Shown: positions 26,874 to 39,000 of the stretch, in pieces
Layout: each line of letters begins with the position of its first letter
Numbering within the stretch: position 1 is the first letter of the stretch
Assembly: GCF_018350175.1 (NCBI RefSeq)
Contig: NC_058368.1
Coordinates: 232,130,001-232,194,000, forward strand
Direction: 5' to 3'
DNA length: 64,000 nucleotides
DNA from: Felis catus
Taxonomy: Eukaryota
Notes under the pieces: model-generated
Databases searched by the model: none
What the model was told of the DNA's origin: nothing
Seen by the model: the letters and a program-made list of their open reading frames with translations, nothing else
Made by a program: the position numbers and the translations under genes

Positions 26874-27562
26874 CAGCTGTCCCCTTGTCCACGGTTTTGC
26901 TTGTGGCAGTTTCCATTTCCCACAGCCAATTGTCCCGAAGCAAAGGGTCCTCCTTGTGATCTATCAGAAGGTCAGTAGTGGCCTCACGGCCCGTCACAGC
27001 ACCTATGGCATTCACCTCCCTTCTTCTTTTTCTGTTTAAGGTTTTGTAATGTTTATTATTTTTGAGAGAGACAGAGAGTGGGGGAGGAGCAGAGAGAGAG
27101 AGAGAGACAGAATCGGAAGCAGGCTCCAGGCTCTGACCTGTCAGCACAGAGCCCGAGGAGGGGCTCGAACCCACAAACCGTGAGATCGTGACCTGAGTTG
27201 AGGTTGGACACTGAACCGGCTGAGCCACCCAGGCGCCCCTCCCCTCCCTTCTTTTCATCACGTAGGCATCTCACCATCCACAGAAGAAGGGAGGTTGTAA
27301 CACAGTAAGATATTTTGAGGGAGAGAGAGCGAGAGCCCACATTCACAAAACTTGTACTACGGTGTATTACTATAATTGTTGTGTTTTGTTATTTGTTGCC
27401 GTAACCTCTCACCGTGCCTAGCTTCCAGATGAAACTCTATCACAGCTGTGACCGTATAGGAAAACTCATACTATATATAGACAGGGCTTGGTACTAACCG
27501 TGATTTCAGGCATCCACTGGGGGGTCTTGGAGAGTGTCCTCATGGATGAAGGAGGCCTGTTG
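26874..27562 (+). mobile_element. Tigger7/MER44-type non-autonomous DNA transposon with a nested SINE
   Basis: Starts cagctgtccccttgtccacggttttgc and ends ggtactaaccgtgatttcaggcatccactggggggtcttgga...catggatgaaggaggcctgttg. Internal taagatattttgag..gagagag..ccacattcaca matches the recalled MER44A/Tigger7 consensus. Confidence 0.75.
27030..27239 (-). mobile_element. CAN-SINE nested in MER44/Tigger7
   Basis: Full SINE with TSD-like cctcccttctt on both sides. Confidence 0.93.
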
Positions 27563-28121
27563 TCACATCTATTTGGAGGAGTGGAATTCAGGCTTTTCTT
27601 AATAGCCCTGAGCTTAGAAATGAGAATTCAGCAATTTCGTTTTTTTTTGTTTGTGCACGGTGTTATGACAACTCGCACAGAATTACAAAGTTTCCCTTCT
27701 CCCCAAAATGAAAAGAATAATGCAAAATGTGACATCCAGAAAATGAGAAAAATGCCAGCCATTTGGAGTGAATGCATGTTTGTTTTCTCTCTCCCCTAAC
27801 AGTGGTCTGTGCAGCATGGTGTATACACAGCCGGCATGCCAGGCGCGGAGGAGGGGGGCTGAGCTGCGGGGCGGTGGGAACATTCCTCAGCTGGCTACAG
27901 GGCAGGGGAGAAGAAAGGTGACCCATTTCCCCGCCTCCCGGTATTGCTGGGACCCACACGGGCACCATTTCGCATGTAGTCCGTTCAACTGACCGTTCAT
28001 GGACGGAGGTCGAGAAAATGTCACCAAATCTTTGATTCAGGCCCATTTAGAAGAGAAAGCAGGCACTGAGGCCGCCAGTTCTCTGTGAGGTTTGAGTCCA
28101 GTTGTACTTGGAAAATTTTCA

Positions 28122-28320
28122 GGGAGCCTGGGTGGCTCCGTCAGGTAGGCATCTGACTTCTGCTCAGGTTATGATCTCACGGTTCCGTGAGTTCAAGCCC
28201 CTCATCTGGCTCTGAGCTGACAGCACAGAGCCTTCTTGGGATTCTCTCTTTCTCCCCCTCTCTCCCTCTGCCCCTCCCCTGCTTGTGCTCTCTCTCTCTC
28301 TCTCTCAAATAAACTTAAAA
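28122..28320 (+). mobile_element. CAN-SINE
   Basis: gggagcctgggtggctc head, (CT)n tract, aaataaactt tail. Flanks are aaaattttcag and aaaattttttcag. Confidence 0.9.
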
Positions 28321-29297
28321 ATTTTTTCAGCTCACTTTGGGGAAAGAGCATGATGTTACCTACAACGACTCAAACGTTTTCACGCAGTGAAAGGAAGAAA
28401 AACCCGTTTTTCTGTATTGTAAAATTTTTTAGAACAAAGTCTGTTGTCTTTCTCAAATGCCAGTACAGACACTGGCTTCGAGAATTATTTAAATGTCTAT
28501 CAAACAAATATTATTTTAAACGCAAACAGGCAGTTCTCCCTGCCCTAACACGGGTTCCTCGTCTGTCTGGGGTCACTCCGCAGCCCTTCCCGCCGTGCCC
28601 TGTAGGAAAGGCATGGGCTGTCGAGGGCGCCAGGAGCTGCTTGGTGTACAAGCCAGAGTTTATAATTCTCAGTTTTCTTGCTCGTGATCTCATCGCAGTA
28701 CTTTGAACACCAAGTTCCTAGGATTACTTAGTGGGAGAGTTTTGATTGGAGTCCAGGGCTCTGTGTATGGTTCTTCCTGTGGTTCCCCTGTGGTTCTGTT
28801 AGCCACGTTGTCCAGCTGTGCAAGGACAGGAAAGAAAACATGACACCATCGTGCTCAGGAGCCTGGTGGCATGTGGGGGTCGCTTGGACCTTTTCACCCA
28901 AAGCGCTTGCATTTGGAATTCTTGACCTAAAGCGTGCAGCACACTACAGACCTGAATTTATTCCATATAATTGCTGCAAAAATTGAGGATTCTTTGGGTG
29001 AGATGCTAACAACCTGTATAGGTCCTGTGCAGCAAGTTTGGGTTTTTTTAAATTGAGGTGTCCCCAACAAGTTTTGTGTGGAGTTAGTTCAGTTGAAAAC
29101 AGTCACATATGTAAATATATGCATAATAAATACACTTTCATTTGTCAATACCTTATGTATTATGTAGCATACAATAGATATGTTAATATATATCCATATA
29201 CAAATGTGTCTATTTATATCTGTATGCTTATAGGTATGTACATCTCGATTTAAAAATATAGATATGTTGGCATCCATATATTTATTTAAATTTCTGT

Positions 29298-29451
29298 GGG
29301 CACCTGGGTGGCTCATTCGGTTGAGCACCCGACTCTTCATTTTAGCTCAGGTTGTGATCTCATGGCTTGTGAGATCAAGCTCCATGTCAGGCTCTGTGCT
29401 CACAGTGCAGAGCCTGCTTGGGACTCTCTCCCTTTCTCTCTGACCCTCCTC

Positions 29452-29506
<55 letters not shown>

Positions 29507-29515
29507 AATAAATGA
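29298..29515 (+). mobile_element. CAN-SINE with expanded (CT)n
   Basis: gggcacctgggtggctcattcggttgagc head, about 22 CT units, TSD-like tttaaa(t/c)ttctgt. Confidence 0.92.
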
Positions 29516-29626
29516 GCTTTTAAACTTCTGTAATCTGTATGCAGCTATATACATATATAATACATGTGTATCTTATACACACATGTCTTACATATATGTC
29601 TCATACCCACATGTATGTGTGTGTAT

Positions 29627-29651
29627 ACACACACACACACACACACACACA
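29627..29651 (+). repeat. (CA)n microsatellite
   Basis: Seen directly in the sequence. Confidence 0.9.
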
Positions 29652-32600
29652 TCTGATTGGATGATGTAAGTTCTCAAGATCCAACTGGTCATCGTGACTT
29701 TCAATAAATGTACATTGAACATGAGAGGCACGTGCAGTTACTATCAATTACTCTTTGGCACTCTGGATGCTTGCAAAGGTGATGCATCACTAAGAGAGAC
29801 ATTCTGCTTTCAGTGGGAGTGCTGTGATTAGCATAAATGCTGCCAGGCTCCAGTCCTCACCCTCCACCCCTAGTATTGATGGGCCGGCTGTGGGCTGGGG
29901 ATTGCTGAGACGTCCACCCTGTTTATAGGTCATCTTTCTACACGGTTACGTTCTTTCTTCAAGCAGAACATACCCCTTGGGGAAAAAATGATGAACTCTG
30001 TAAGGCAAAACCAGTTAATTCATTGAGAAAATGGTCCTAAACCATGTGTTTGCTGTCCTGGGGTCGGGGCCGTAGGTCCTTGAGACCAAGTGGGCATTGG
30101 CCTGCCGCCATCTTGAAAGCTCTTCCAGTGAGTCAGCAACTGTGCATCCCAGCTCTCAATTCAAATAAGAATTGCTTTCAAGTCAAGGACAGGTTGACCC
30201 GCCTGCGGGATCACAGGCACACATGGGTTGCTTAATGTTCAAGTGTTATTATCAAAGTGTAGATTGATGACCCTCCTTATCAACAACAGAAGCCATGTGG
30301 CAGGCTGCGAGCGTCCTTGGAAATCAGCACTGTGGCTTCTTGGAAAAGCAGAATTCATTTAATTCCCTTAAACCACGTCTGCAATACAGAAATGGGATAA
30401 AAAGAAACGATTCTTAGATGAGAAAAGGAAACTCGAAGATATTTAGATGAGTCGATTTACAAGACAAACCTGTAACAGGATCTCCTAACAGGACTTCTAC
30501 ATCAAGCCTGCACTTTAAAACAAGCGGTATTTCTAGAACATTTAAATAACCCACGAAATGGCCAGGCGTGTACCTGTGACCCACAAGGCGATCCACTGGG
30601 AAGGAGATTTTCCGCAGGAGAATTTGAGCCTTAGGCTCGGCTGCAGCAGGACATTGATTATGGAGAGCCCGGCACTCGGGCCATTTCCTTTCCTTGGTAA
30701 TTCTGACTTTCTGATTCCTAAATTTATCTGCTGCTCAGAAGCTAAGTACCTTTACTTTCTTCCATTCCTGTATTTTCTACATTTCTCTTTTGTCTAAACT
30801 TACGCCAGTTTCTCTTAAAAACAAATTGTCTTGAATGCATTATTTGTTTAGGGTTCACATCCAACCTGCTCCTAGAATCAGCTGAATCAGTCTGTGAATT
30901 AAACATGAGGTGACTTTTAAGGGAGTTCAAGCAGGGAGGCTGTGAGCTGAGCTGAGCTGAGCCAGACTTCGGGCAAATGAGTTCAGCTCTTGACACATGA
31001 GAAGAAACACAGAAGTACACATGCCTCCAAAAATTCCTCTTATGGGACACAGTGGGCAAACGACCTTGTCCTAGCCTCGCTGGTGATAATGCAAACCTCC
31101 TCCTCCCTCCGCCTCTCCTCCTCCATCTGGTGCATCCCAGCGTGATCCTGAGCTCATCTAGAACATTACCCTCGTCGGGTCCCATTTACAGTGCAAGGCT
31201 GGGTCTGTCCTCCATCCTTGAGAAAAAGACCGTGCAGACATCCATGTCCGATCGTCCTGGTCCTTGACATCTTTCTCCCTCCTGCCTTGCATCCTCACTG
31301 AGCAGGGGAGCCCACGGGCACGTGACCATTCTGAGACAGTAGAGCCCCCAAGCACCCTCTCACATTCTTACGGGAACAGGCTTGTTACGATTCTCTGTTC
31401 CAGTTGAAATAATATGGCGCCACCCCCACCATTTGCTTTTTTCTAAGATTTACAAAAAGTAGGAGGAGTTGGATTTGTCCTGCCTCTCTGGCATACTTCT
31501 GCAGGCTGGTTATCCCATTCCCTAACCTGCTTCATCAAGGCTGTGATGGGCCTTCATGAATGATAATGACCTCCAGTCTTTTCTTCACTTTGTCTCTCTT
31601 TTGGAAGATAAAGATAAACATCCATTTGTTATCATGATTGTTTCCCTTCCCATAATTGATTAGAGGCACTTGCTTTCTCTCCACCCTGTCTGTAGGCATC
31701 ATCTTTCAGTTGGGATCTTGGAATAACGTACCCTTGGCTGTGTTCACGGCTGTAGGACTGTTTCTGGCACATTCTACCTTGTGTCAGTCTCTTGCTTTAA
31801 ACGGCCACAGACTCCTTCTTGAAAGAATTCTAAAAGCACAGCAAAGAACAAATAAAATCCTCACCTGTCTCCATTGTTTGTAATTTTCCATCTCATATTG
31901 ATTACAGTGTCAGGTTTGCGTCTGTTTCATCTGCTAGGGCATCAAACCCTCCCAGCCCATGTTCTCCAAAGTTATTTTTGTCTGTTTGTTTTTGTTTTTG
32001 TTTGGTTTTTTGGAGTCTCCCTCAGACATGCTTAGGCTTCAGTTTTTCACACTTGTCTTTGCCCACTCCCGTGCCCCTGTGCTGTCTGATGTGGGCGGTC
32101 CCCTGCACCCCTCCTCTGCCTCTTCCATGTGGTCCCTGAGCCTAGGAATGGAGAACCATGTGACTCTTTGGAGTCTTGTTTTGTTCTTTCCCTTTAGAAC
32201 TCTCTGCCCTTTCCTTGGTCATAAAAACAAAACAGAACAGAACAGAACAAGCCTCTTCCCCGTCTGACATACCTTTCTCAGTTACCCAATTTACTGCCTC
32301 CTGTTTATTCTCCTTAATTCTTCTGATACTCAACTTAGGTCTTTCACTATTTTTTCCCCCTCCAGGGGTGTCCGGATTAGCAGCTGGTGATCATTTGCTA
32401 CCACTGCTAGTAATGGTCTTAGGAGAGTTACCTACCCTTGACATTTCACTTTACATTTAGAGAGGAGATCCCAAAACTTAGCTCTTTTCAATGTCATGGC
32501 GACCAGGCCAACAAGCAGACTGAGTTATGGCAAATCAACACCCCGTGGAGACTGGGGTTCCATTTGATCGGAGAGGGCATTGCTGTGCCAACAAACGCAG

Positions 32601-33049
32601 GGCTTCTTACGTGGGGCAGCGCGTGATTCAAACCGTCCTGGATCGCGCAGCATCTGCTCTGTCCACCGGTTGGTTCCTCACCACATCCTGTTGGTTCACT
32701 ACATCCTGGCTTTGCACATTCACACTTCCGCCCGGTCCAGGCACTGAATGACCGGGGACCCAATTAAGGAAGCGGTTTCCTGGCCTGCCTCCCGAACGGT
32801 AGTCTCCCTATCTCACGTTTAGCTTCCACATTGATTCCTGAGTGGTCCTTCAACCGCAAACATTGGGTCAAGGTCAGACTGCAAGCAGTGCAAGCTCACG
32901 ATGCGTCCCTTCACCTTCCAGGTAAAATTCACATTCATGAGGCACAACTGGCCCATGTCTGGCTCCCCAGATTGTGTGTTACCTCTTCCATCTGCAATGG
33001 AAGTGCCACACTTTGTCTAGCCACGGCGCCTTGCCACGGTCCCCTCCCA

Positions 33050-33365
33050 CTGCCTGGAGTATCTTTTTTTCCCCCTTAGGTCAGCAAAATCCTCCAAGTG
33101 TCAGATGGCGCTTCCTCCAGGAAGCCTCACTGAATTCTATTCTTCCTTTAAAACTTACATTAGATGTCACCTCCCTTGGGAAGGCTTCCTACATTTCTTC
33201 CCTTCCCCTCCCCTCTGCAGGTAGTAACATATTGTTCTATGGAAAGCTCTATATTAGTTGTTATGGCCCTGTATTTTCATTTTCTGCTAAGTGCTTAGAT
33301 CGTGACCTCTGGCACATGTCTGTCAGAGGATATCTAATCAGTAAATGCTTGCTGAATGAATGAAG
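33050..33365 (+). mobile_element. L2 LINE 3' end
   Basis: agatgtcacctcccttgggaaggcttcc...ctggcaca...cagtaaatgcttgctgaatgaatgaa, the L2 tail. Confidence 0.7.
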
Positions 33366-34096
33366 GGCTTTGTAGCTCAGAAGTCCGTGAACTATTATGA
33401 CCGTGCCCCAGATTTTCTATGCATGTTTTGCAAGCACGAAACATATTCAACTCCGGGTCGACACCCAGCATGGGGTTTCTGCTGGGCATCCTTTCCTTAT
33501 TAGTTACATTTTTACTTTTGCATAAAGAATCAAAAATATTTATAGATTCTCACCATGTATGTAACAACGGTTTGAAAACTTGATGTAAAACTTGTTGCAA
33601 TTTGTATGCAGATTTTCACATGTGACCCTTCCCTTTGGAGAAGCATTTGTAACATTTTTTTTTTTCCAAAGTTCTGGAGAAGTTTTCTAAGACACTGTTT
33701 CATGAGCAATATCTCATAGCTTCCTTTTATTTATTCTCCTAACACATGTCAAAGGTGATTTAAGGTTTGCAGTGTTAACAGGTACAATTCGAAATGAAAC
33801 CACATTCATCAGAAGACACATGCTTTGAGCTTTTAATTGAATGTATATTTATCTTCATAAATGTCTTCTATTGAACAAGTAGTATGCAGGTAACGAAGGT
33901 CAGATTATTTAGCAGTTTTGTTGTCATTTTTTGGTCAATATCTAAAAGGTTTTTTGTTTGTTTGTTTTCTTTTTCTCTTTAGTGGTTAATTATCATTTAA
34001 TTTGTTAGCCGATCATAATATATTCAGATTAACCATTCCTTTCGTGTTCAGGACTTGTTAACATGTTTCTTGTGATTTTTTTTTTTTTCTTCTCAG

Positions 34097-34195
34097 GAGG
34101 AATGTCAGAACTACATCCGGGTGCTTTTGGTGGGTGGCGACCGGTTATTTACCTGTGGGACCAATGCTTTCACGCCTGTCTGCACCAACCGCTCG
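34097..34195 (+). CDS. SEMA5A: Semaphorin-5A coding exon, 99 nt, phase 0/0: EECQNYIRVLLVGGDRLFTCGTNAFTPVCTNRS
   Basis: Long T tract, ttctcag|GAG acceptor and TCG|gtaggt donor. Contains the sema-domain motifs ECQNYIR and CGTNAF. Read directly from the sequence, as it is not in the ORF track. Confidence 0.97.
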
Positions 34196-35627
34196 GTAGG
34201 TGTTCATTTTGAGCGTTGACAGAATTTAATACTGGGAAAATCCAAACATTCTATTAAAACTGTAGTTTTACATGTATGTCTATTCCCTAAGGAGTCATTT
34301 TTTAATTAAAAAATATATTTTTCGAACTCAATGTTCAATGTATTGATTTATTACTAATCACATCGTCTATTATATAAAGAGCTGAACATAACTATAACTT
34401 GTTTAATTAAATTTAAATATGTTTCTAAACTGCTTCTATCAGCTCTATCCCCACCAGTGATCCTGAACATAAATCCTCAACATGCTCTTCATTTATCTTG
34501 ATTTATTATAGAGCTACTGCGAAGTATATAAAAGGGCCTTAAAATCATAATCCAAAGAAGAAAATAGAATTTACAAGTTGGATGAGAGCAACGTCAAAAA
34601 ACGTTAAAACAAGCAAACAAACGAATGAAGCCCTAGGCAAAGTGAAGTTCCAACCTGTCCTTTTCCTTTTTCTTTCAACCTGTCCTGTGACAGAGGAATT
34701 TCCAGCACCCGTGTCTTACACCTGTAGGTCAGAGCACACGGGCAGTCTTCCTAGTTGGAGTTACTGGTCTGGTGTTCCACAGGGAGCATAATGAAGAATT
34801 ACCATGATGTTCATTTCCTGGTCACACGACTCCTCTCAAAGCCTGAATTTATTCATCTGCAATATTTCCAAGCTAGCATTCAGTTATTGGAAATATAGGG
34901 AGGACGACAAGGAGGATCACAGAGGGAGCCCCCAGTATCACACCCCGTTCTAAACGCTTTGCACCTACTCGGTTATGGAACCCTGACATCTACCCCATGT
35001 GGTGGTTGTCCTTTGGTCCCTGTTGTCCTAGGAAATTTTCTCGTTCAATGATTGGTTGGGAATCCAGCATCTGAGAAGCTGGGTTCACAGCTGATGGCCT
35101 GCAAGACACAGAGTTGTCTGTCCGAAAACTGACATAGTAGAGTCTTGGAAATTGGGGCTATGGGGTACAAAATAGCACGCACCCTTACCTGTGAGCACAG
35201 TTTGGGGCTATTCATAACGTTTGAATTCACTTATAGTGATACATTTGTGCTTCATCTTTATTGTGGTTTCTATTTATATAAATACTGAAATTTGCTTCAT
35301 TAAAGTGGAAAGATCTGCAGTGCCCATGCATTATAAACAGAACCCACACACAGAAGTCTTAACTTGGTATTTGTGAATTCAGTGGCACCCTGTCCAGCCA
35401 GTCTGAGGGGACAGTGAGGGAGATGATGGGTGGATTCTCTGTCCACGTCCTCCGCCGGATGTTGCCATCAGCACGGGAGTGTGAACATTTGTCGTGTCTT
35501 ACCCTGAGCCCCAGAGAGTTTGTTGCACCATGCCTTATTTGCAGTTCAGGAGGACCTAATCCATTAACACTATTAAAGGGTTTTCACGAGCGATAATTGG
35601 TTTCCTCTGTCTTGCCCTTTCCCGTAG

Positions 35628-35841
35628 TTGAGCAACCTGACCGAGATCCATGATCAGATCAGTGGCATGGCCCGCTGTCCCTACAGTCCCCAGCACAATT
35701 CCACGGCTCTTCTCACGGCCGGTGGGGAGCTCTACGCTGCAACAGCCATGGATTTTCCTGGACGAGATCCTGCCATTTACCGAAGTCTGGGCATCTTACC
35801 TCCTCTCCGCACGGCACAGTACAATTCCAAATGGCTTAATG
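35628..35841 (+). CDS. SEMA5A: Semaphorin-5A coding exon, 214 nt, phase 0/1: LSNLTEIHDQISGMARCPYSPQHNSTALLTAGGELYAATAMDFPGRDPAIYRSLGILPPLRTAQYNSKWLN
   Basis: cccgtag|TTG acceptor and AATG|gtgagt donor. Contains the sema motifs GMARCPYSP and SKWLN. Corresponds to ORF 35628..35864. Confidence 0.97.
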
Positions 35842-35949
35842 GTGAGTGTTACCGGCACGGCTGATTCCCCACCTCCTTCGTCTGTAATGCCTGGTTACTT
35901 CATGCTTTGAAAGCAAACTCACAGCTTCTGAAGACAAACGATTTCTTCA

Positions 35950-36147
35950 TTTTCTTTTTTAAATGTTCATTTATTTTGAGAGAGAGAGAGCGAGAGCGTC
36001 AGAGAGCGAGGGAGAGGGAGAATGAATCCCGACAGCCTCCATGCACTGTCAGCACAGAGCGCGACGTGAGGCTCGATCTCATGAACTGTGAGATCATGAC
36101 CGGAGCCAAAATCAGGAGTCAGTTGCTCAGCTGTCACCCAGGCGCCA
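35950..36147 (-). mobile_element. CAN-SINE about 110 nt downstream of a SEMA5A donor site
   Basis: tttattttgagagagag...actgtcagcacagagc...gagatcatgacc...cacccaggcgcc. Confidence 0.92.
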
Positions 36148-36747
36148 GTTTCTTCATTTTCTAAAGAAACCAAATATAACTTGTTTTGTACATCTGTGTG
36201 GAAGGGCATTGTATGTGGCTCTGTAGTAGGAGGAGGGAAGAGATACGGTCAACACTGTGGACCAGAATAATGGGGCTAATGTTGACATGACTATTCATGG
36301 ACCTTAGGCTGCTTTTTAGGCTATTGTTTGAAGTTCAGGAAATTTGAGGTTGTATCAGAGATACCTGTACATCCATATACATTCTTTCTTAACTTATCAT
36401 AAATGTAAAAAGGGGGAGTTACAAGCATTTTATGGAATTTTCAGACACAGTGTAAGAGAATGTGTTTGGCCACACGTGGCTCCAAAGAGCTTGATCAATG
36501 TCAGAAAAAAGGCTGTCGAGTCACACAAATAGAACTTTGGGGTAGGTGTCTTCAGAGTTCCTTCCCTCAGTGGCTCGAGAGTCAGTAAGCACCCCAGCCT
36601 CGTCACTGATGTGTCCCTGCCGTCCAATGTTCCGTGTGGTCCGCGGGCTGGCTCCGCTGGGGGTGGATGGGTAGTCAGCACTCCATTTTCAGGCACTGCA
36701 TCCAGATATGACGATATCCAGTAGGAGAAGAGGACATATTCCTTGTG

Positions 36748-36876
36748 TCTTGTCTTGTCTTTTCCTTTCCTTTCCTTTCCTTTCCTTTCCTTTCCTTTCC
36801 TTTCCTTTCCTTTCCTTTCCTTTCCTTTCCTTTCTTTCTTTCTTTCTTTTCTTTTCTTTTCTTTTCCTTTCTTTTC
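36748..36876 (+). repeat. (CTTTC)n/(CTTT)n/(CTTTT)n compound microsatellite
   Basis: Seen directly. It is the source of the spurious KERKG-repeat ORFs. Confidence 0.95.
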
Positions 36877-37073
36877 TGCAAAACCAGAAACCCCTAGAAG
36901 ACGCTAGAAGACGTCCTTTCAATCCTGGACTAGAAGAAGTTGGTCACCTCCTCACTAAGCAGAGAGAAGGTGCTACCAACCATCTGAATAGAGGTTGACC
37001 TCGTACGATGTCCTCATGTGTGCCAGCTGAAATTCATCCCTCTGTATGTGTGTATGTTCATGTGTCAATGTGA

Positions 37074-37074
<1 letters not shown>

Positions 37075-37116
<42 letters not shown>
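37075..37116 (+). repeat. (CA)n microsatellite, about 21 units
   Basis: Seen directly in the sequence. Confidence 0.95.
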
Positions 37117-37118
<2 letters not shown>

Positions 37119-37274
37119 GTTAAATGGATAGATCCCTGTACCACCTGTCATCCCTCTGACAGTTTGTACGAAGACGAAGTTTTGAGCTTACCATTATACT
37201 TTTTCTTATTTTGAGCTTTCGAGTTCTATGAAGGTTTACTGGCCTTTTGTCAAGTACAAGCAAATTATGGGGAC

Positions 37275-37500
37275 CAGAATTTCCCAACCTCCGCACTATT
37301 GACGTTTTGGAACAGATAATTCTTTGATGTGTGTGGTGGGAGGCCGTCCTCGTTATCAGAAGGTGGTTCTCAGTATCTCTGGCTGATACCCACTAGATGC
37401 AATAGCATTCCCTCCCCCCACCTCATTGTGCCAATAAAAAAAGTTCCAGAACTTTCCAAATCTCTCTTGGTGGGGTGGTGCCTGTGGTTGAGAATCACCG
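37275..37500 (+). mobile_element. MER20 (hAT-Charlie) DNA transposon relic
   Basis: caacctccgcactattgacgttttggaacagataattctttg...acccactagatgcaatagca...ggttgagaatcac matches the recalled MER20 consensus. Confidence 0.8.
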
Positions 37501-38630
37501 GCTTAGGCTCATTATTTATGTGTATTTATGTGTACATGTGTATACAAACAGGACGCAAGCATTTTGCCAAATAATGTAGTCAAACCAACCATCAATTTGC
37601 CTTTAAAGAACCCCCTTGTAGAAAAGAGAACGTCCTCATCAACTTTCTCCAGTAATTTGAATGTGCTTCCAGTAATGTGCTTCTGGAGGGCAACATGAGT
37701 TGTTTTCCTAAACTGAAGCCGTAACTAGCTTTTCTTCATTAACATTATTTTTGTTGAACTGGTTTCAGTCCCCTTCAGGCCCTGAAGCTTTCATCTGTGG
37801 AGCTTAAAGTTCCTCTTTCTAGTCATTTGTTGATTTTTCTGGCCAAGCAAAGTTTCCAGTGAAAAATCAAAATTACCTGCCCCCAACCAAAGGCACTGTA
37901 ATTAGAGTTCATTCAAAACAAAGGAAAAAGTAATCAGGAATACCATGTACCGTCTCTCTTTTTTCCCCCCACAAGTGACCCCCTGAAGAGTATCCTGGAA
38001 ACATAATTCAGGTCACGGCATGAGTTACAAACATTGGCTGTCCCTTTGCACGTGACTCAGATACCCACTGGCTGATCAGATGGTCAGATTCTGTCAATGT
38101 CTGGGCGGAACCCTTTCTGTCTGAACGTCAGGTGACCTGAGAAGGGCAGTGGGGGACCTAACTGCTTACCATAGTCACTGTGGGCATGCTGTCATTATTT
38201 GTCGAACATACCGAGTAATGTTTTGGGTTCCTCAAATGTGCTGCTGTTTATATGTGATCTAATCCAACAACTGCAGCGATGGAAAATAAGTCCGAGGTAA
38301 ACATGGTAAAACTGTCCCTCAGCCCACCTTCTCATCTTCGTCCCCGAGACACCGAATGGTCTGCTGCCCTCAGCTCCACCCACCCCCACCCACCCGCCAA
38401 GGAAGTCCCCCCCCTCTCGGGGCGGAGAGCAGAGAGTTCCTGCGTGTTGAGTGTTGCTTGCATCTCCTGTGTCCTGTTGGGGCACTGCCGCCTTCTACTG
38501 AACCCCACGATATTGTTTCTACTCCTGGTTGACCCTGGTTTTTTGCTCCGACTGACCTTTCATCCAGGATAGATTCTGGCCCTTAACCGCACACAGTTCT
38601 GCATCTGTCCCCACACTGAGCCTGGATATA

Positions 38631-39000
38631 GGGACATCTGTCCTCACTGGCCTGCCTGGATGCAGGGACATCTGTCCTCACTGGCCTGCCTGGATGCAGG
38701 GACATCTGTCCTCACTGGCCTGCCTGGATGCAGGGACATCTGTCCTCACTGGCCTGCCTGGATGCAGGGACATCTGTCCTCACTGGCCTGCCTGGATGCA
38801 GGGACATCTGTCCTCACTGGCCTGCCTGGATGCAGGGACATCTGTCCTCACTGGCCTGCCTGGATGCAGGGACATCTGTCCTCACTGGCCTGCCTGGATG
38901 CAGGGACATCTGTCCTCACTGGCCTGCCTGGATGCAGGGACATCTGTCCTCACTGGCCTGCCTGGATGCAGGGACATCTGTCCTCACTGGCCTGCCTGGA
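38631..39000 (+). repeat. 34-bp minisatellite (gggacatctgtcctcactggcctgcctggatgca), 10 perfect copies plus a 30-nt partial copy
   Basis: Units start at 38631, 38665, ... 38971 with no mismatches seen. A degenerate copy lies at about 38602-38630. Confidence 0.97.

Noticed and set aside
26082..27346. Family of similar ORFs (SSPASGSVLTAQSLEPASDSVSPSLSAPPP), also at 44052, 45840, 59457 and 62698
   Set aside because: All are CAN-SINE translations, not a protein family.
30103..30116. YY1 consensus (gccgccatcttg)
   Set aside because: It is an isolated short motif with no promoter or CpG-island context.
36675..36998. Lys/Glu/Arg-rich and Phe/Pro/Ser-rich ORFs
   Set aside because: They are translations of the (CTTTC)n microsatellite.
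38631..39000. CRISPR-like array (34-bp period)
   Set aside because: The units are head-to-tail identical with no unique spacers, there are no cas genes, and the context is a mammalian intron.
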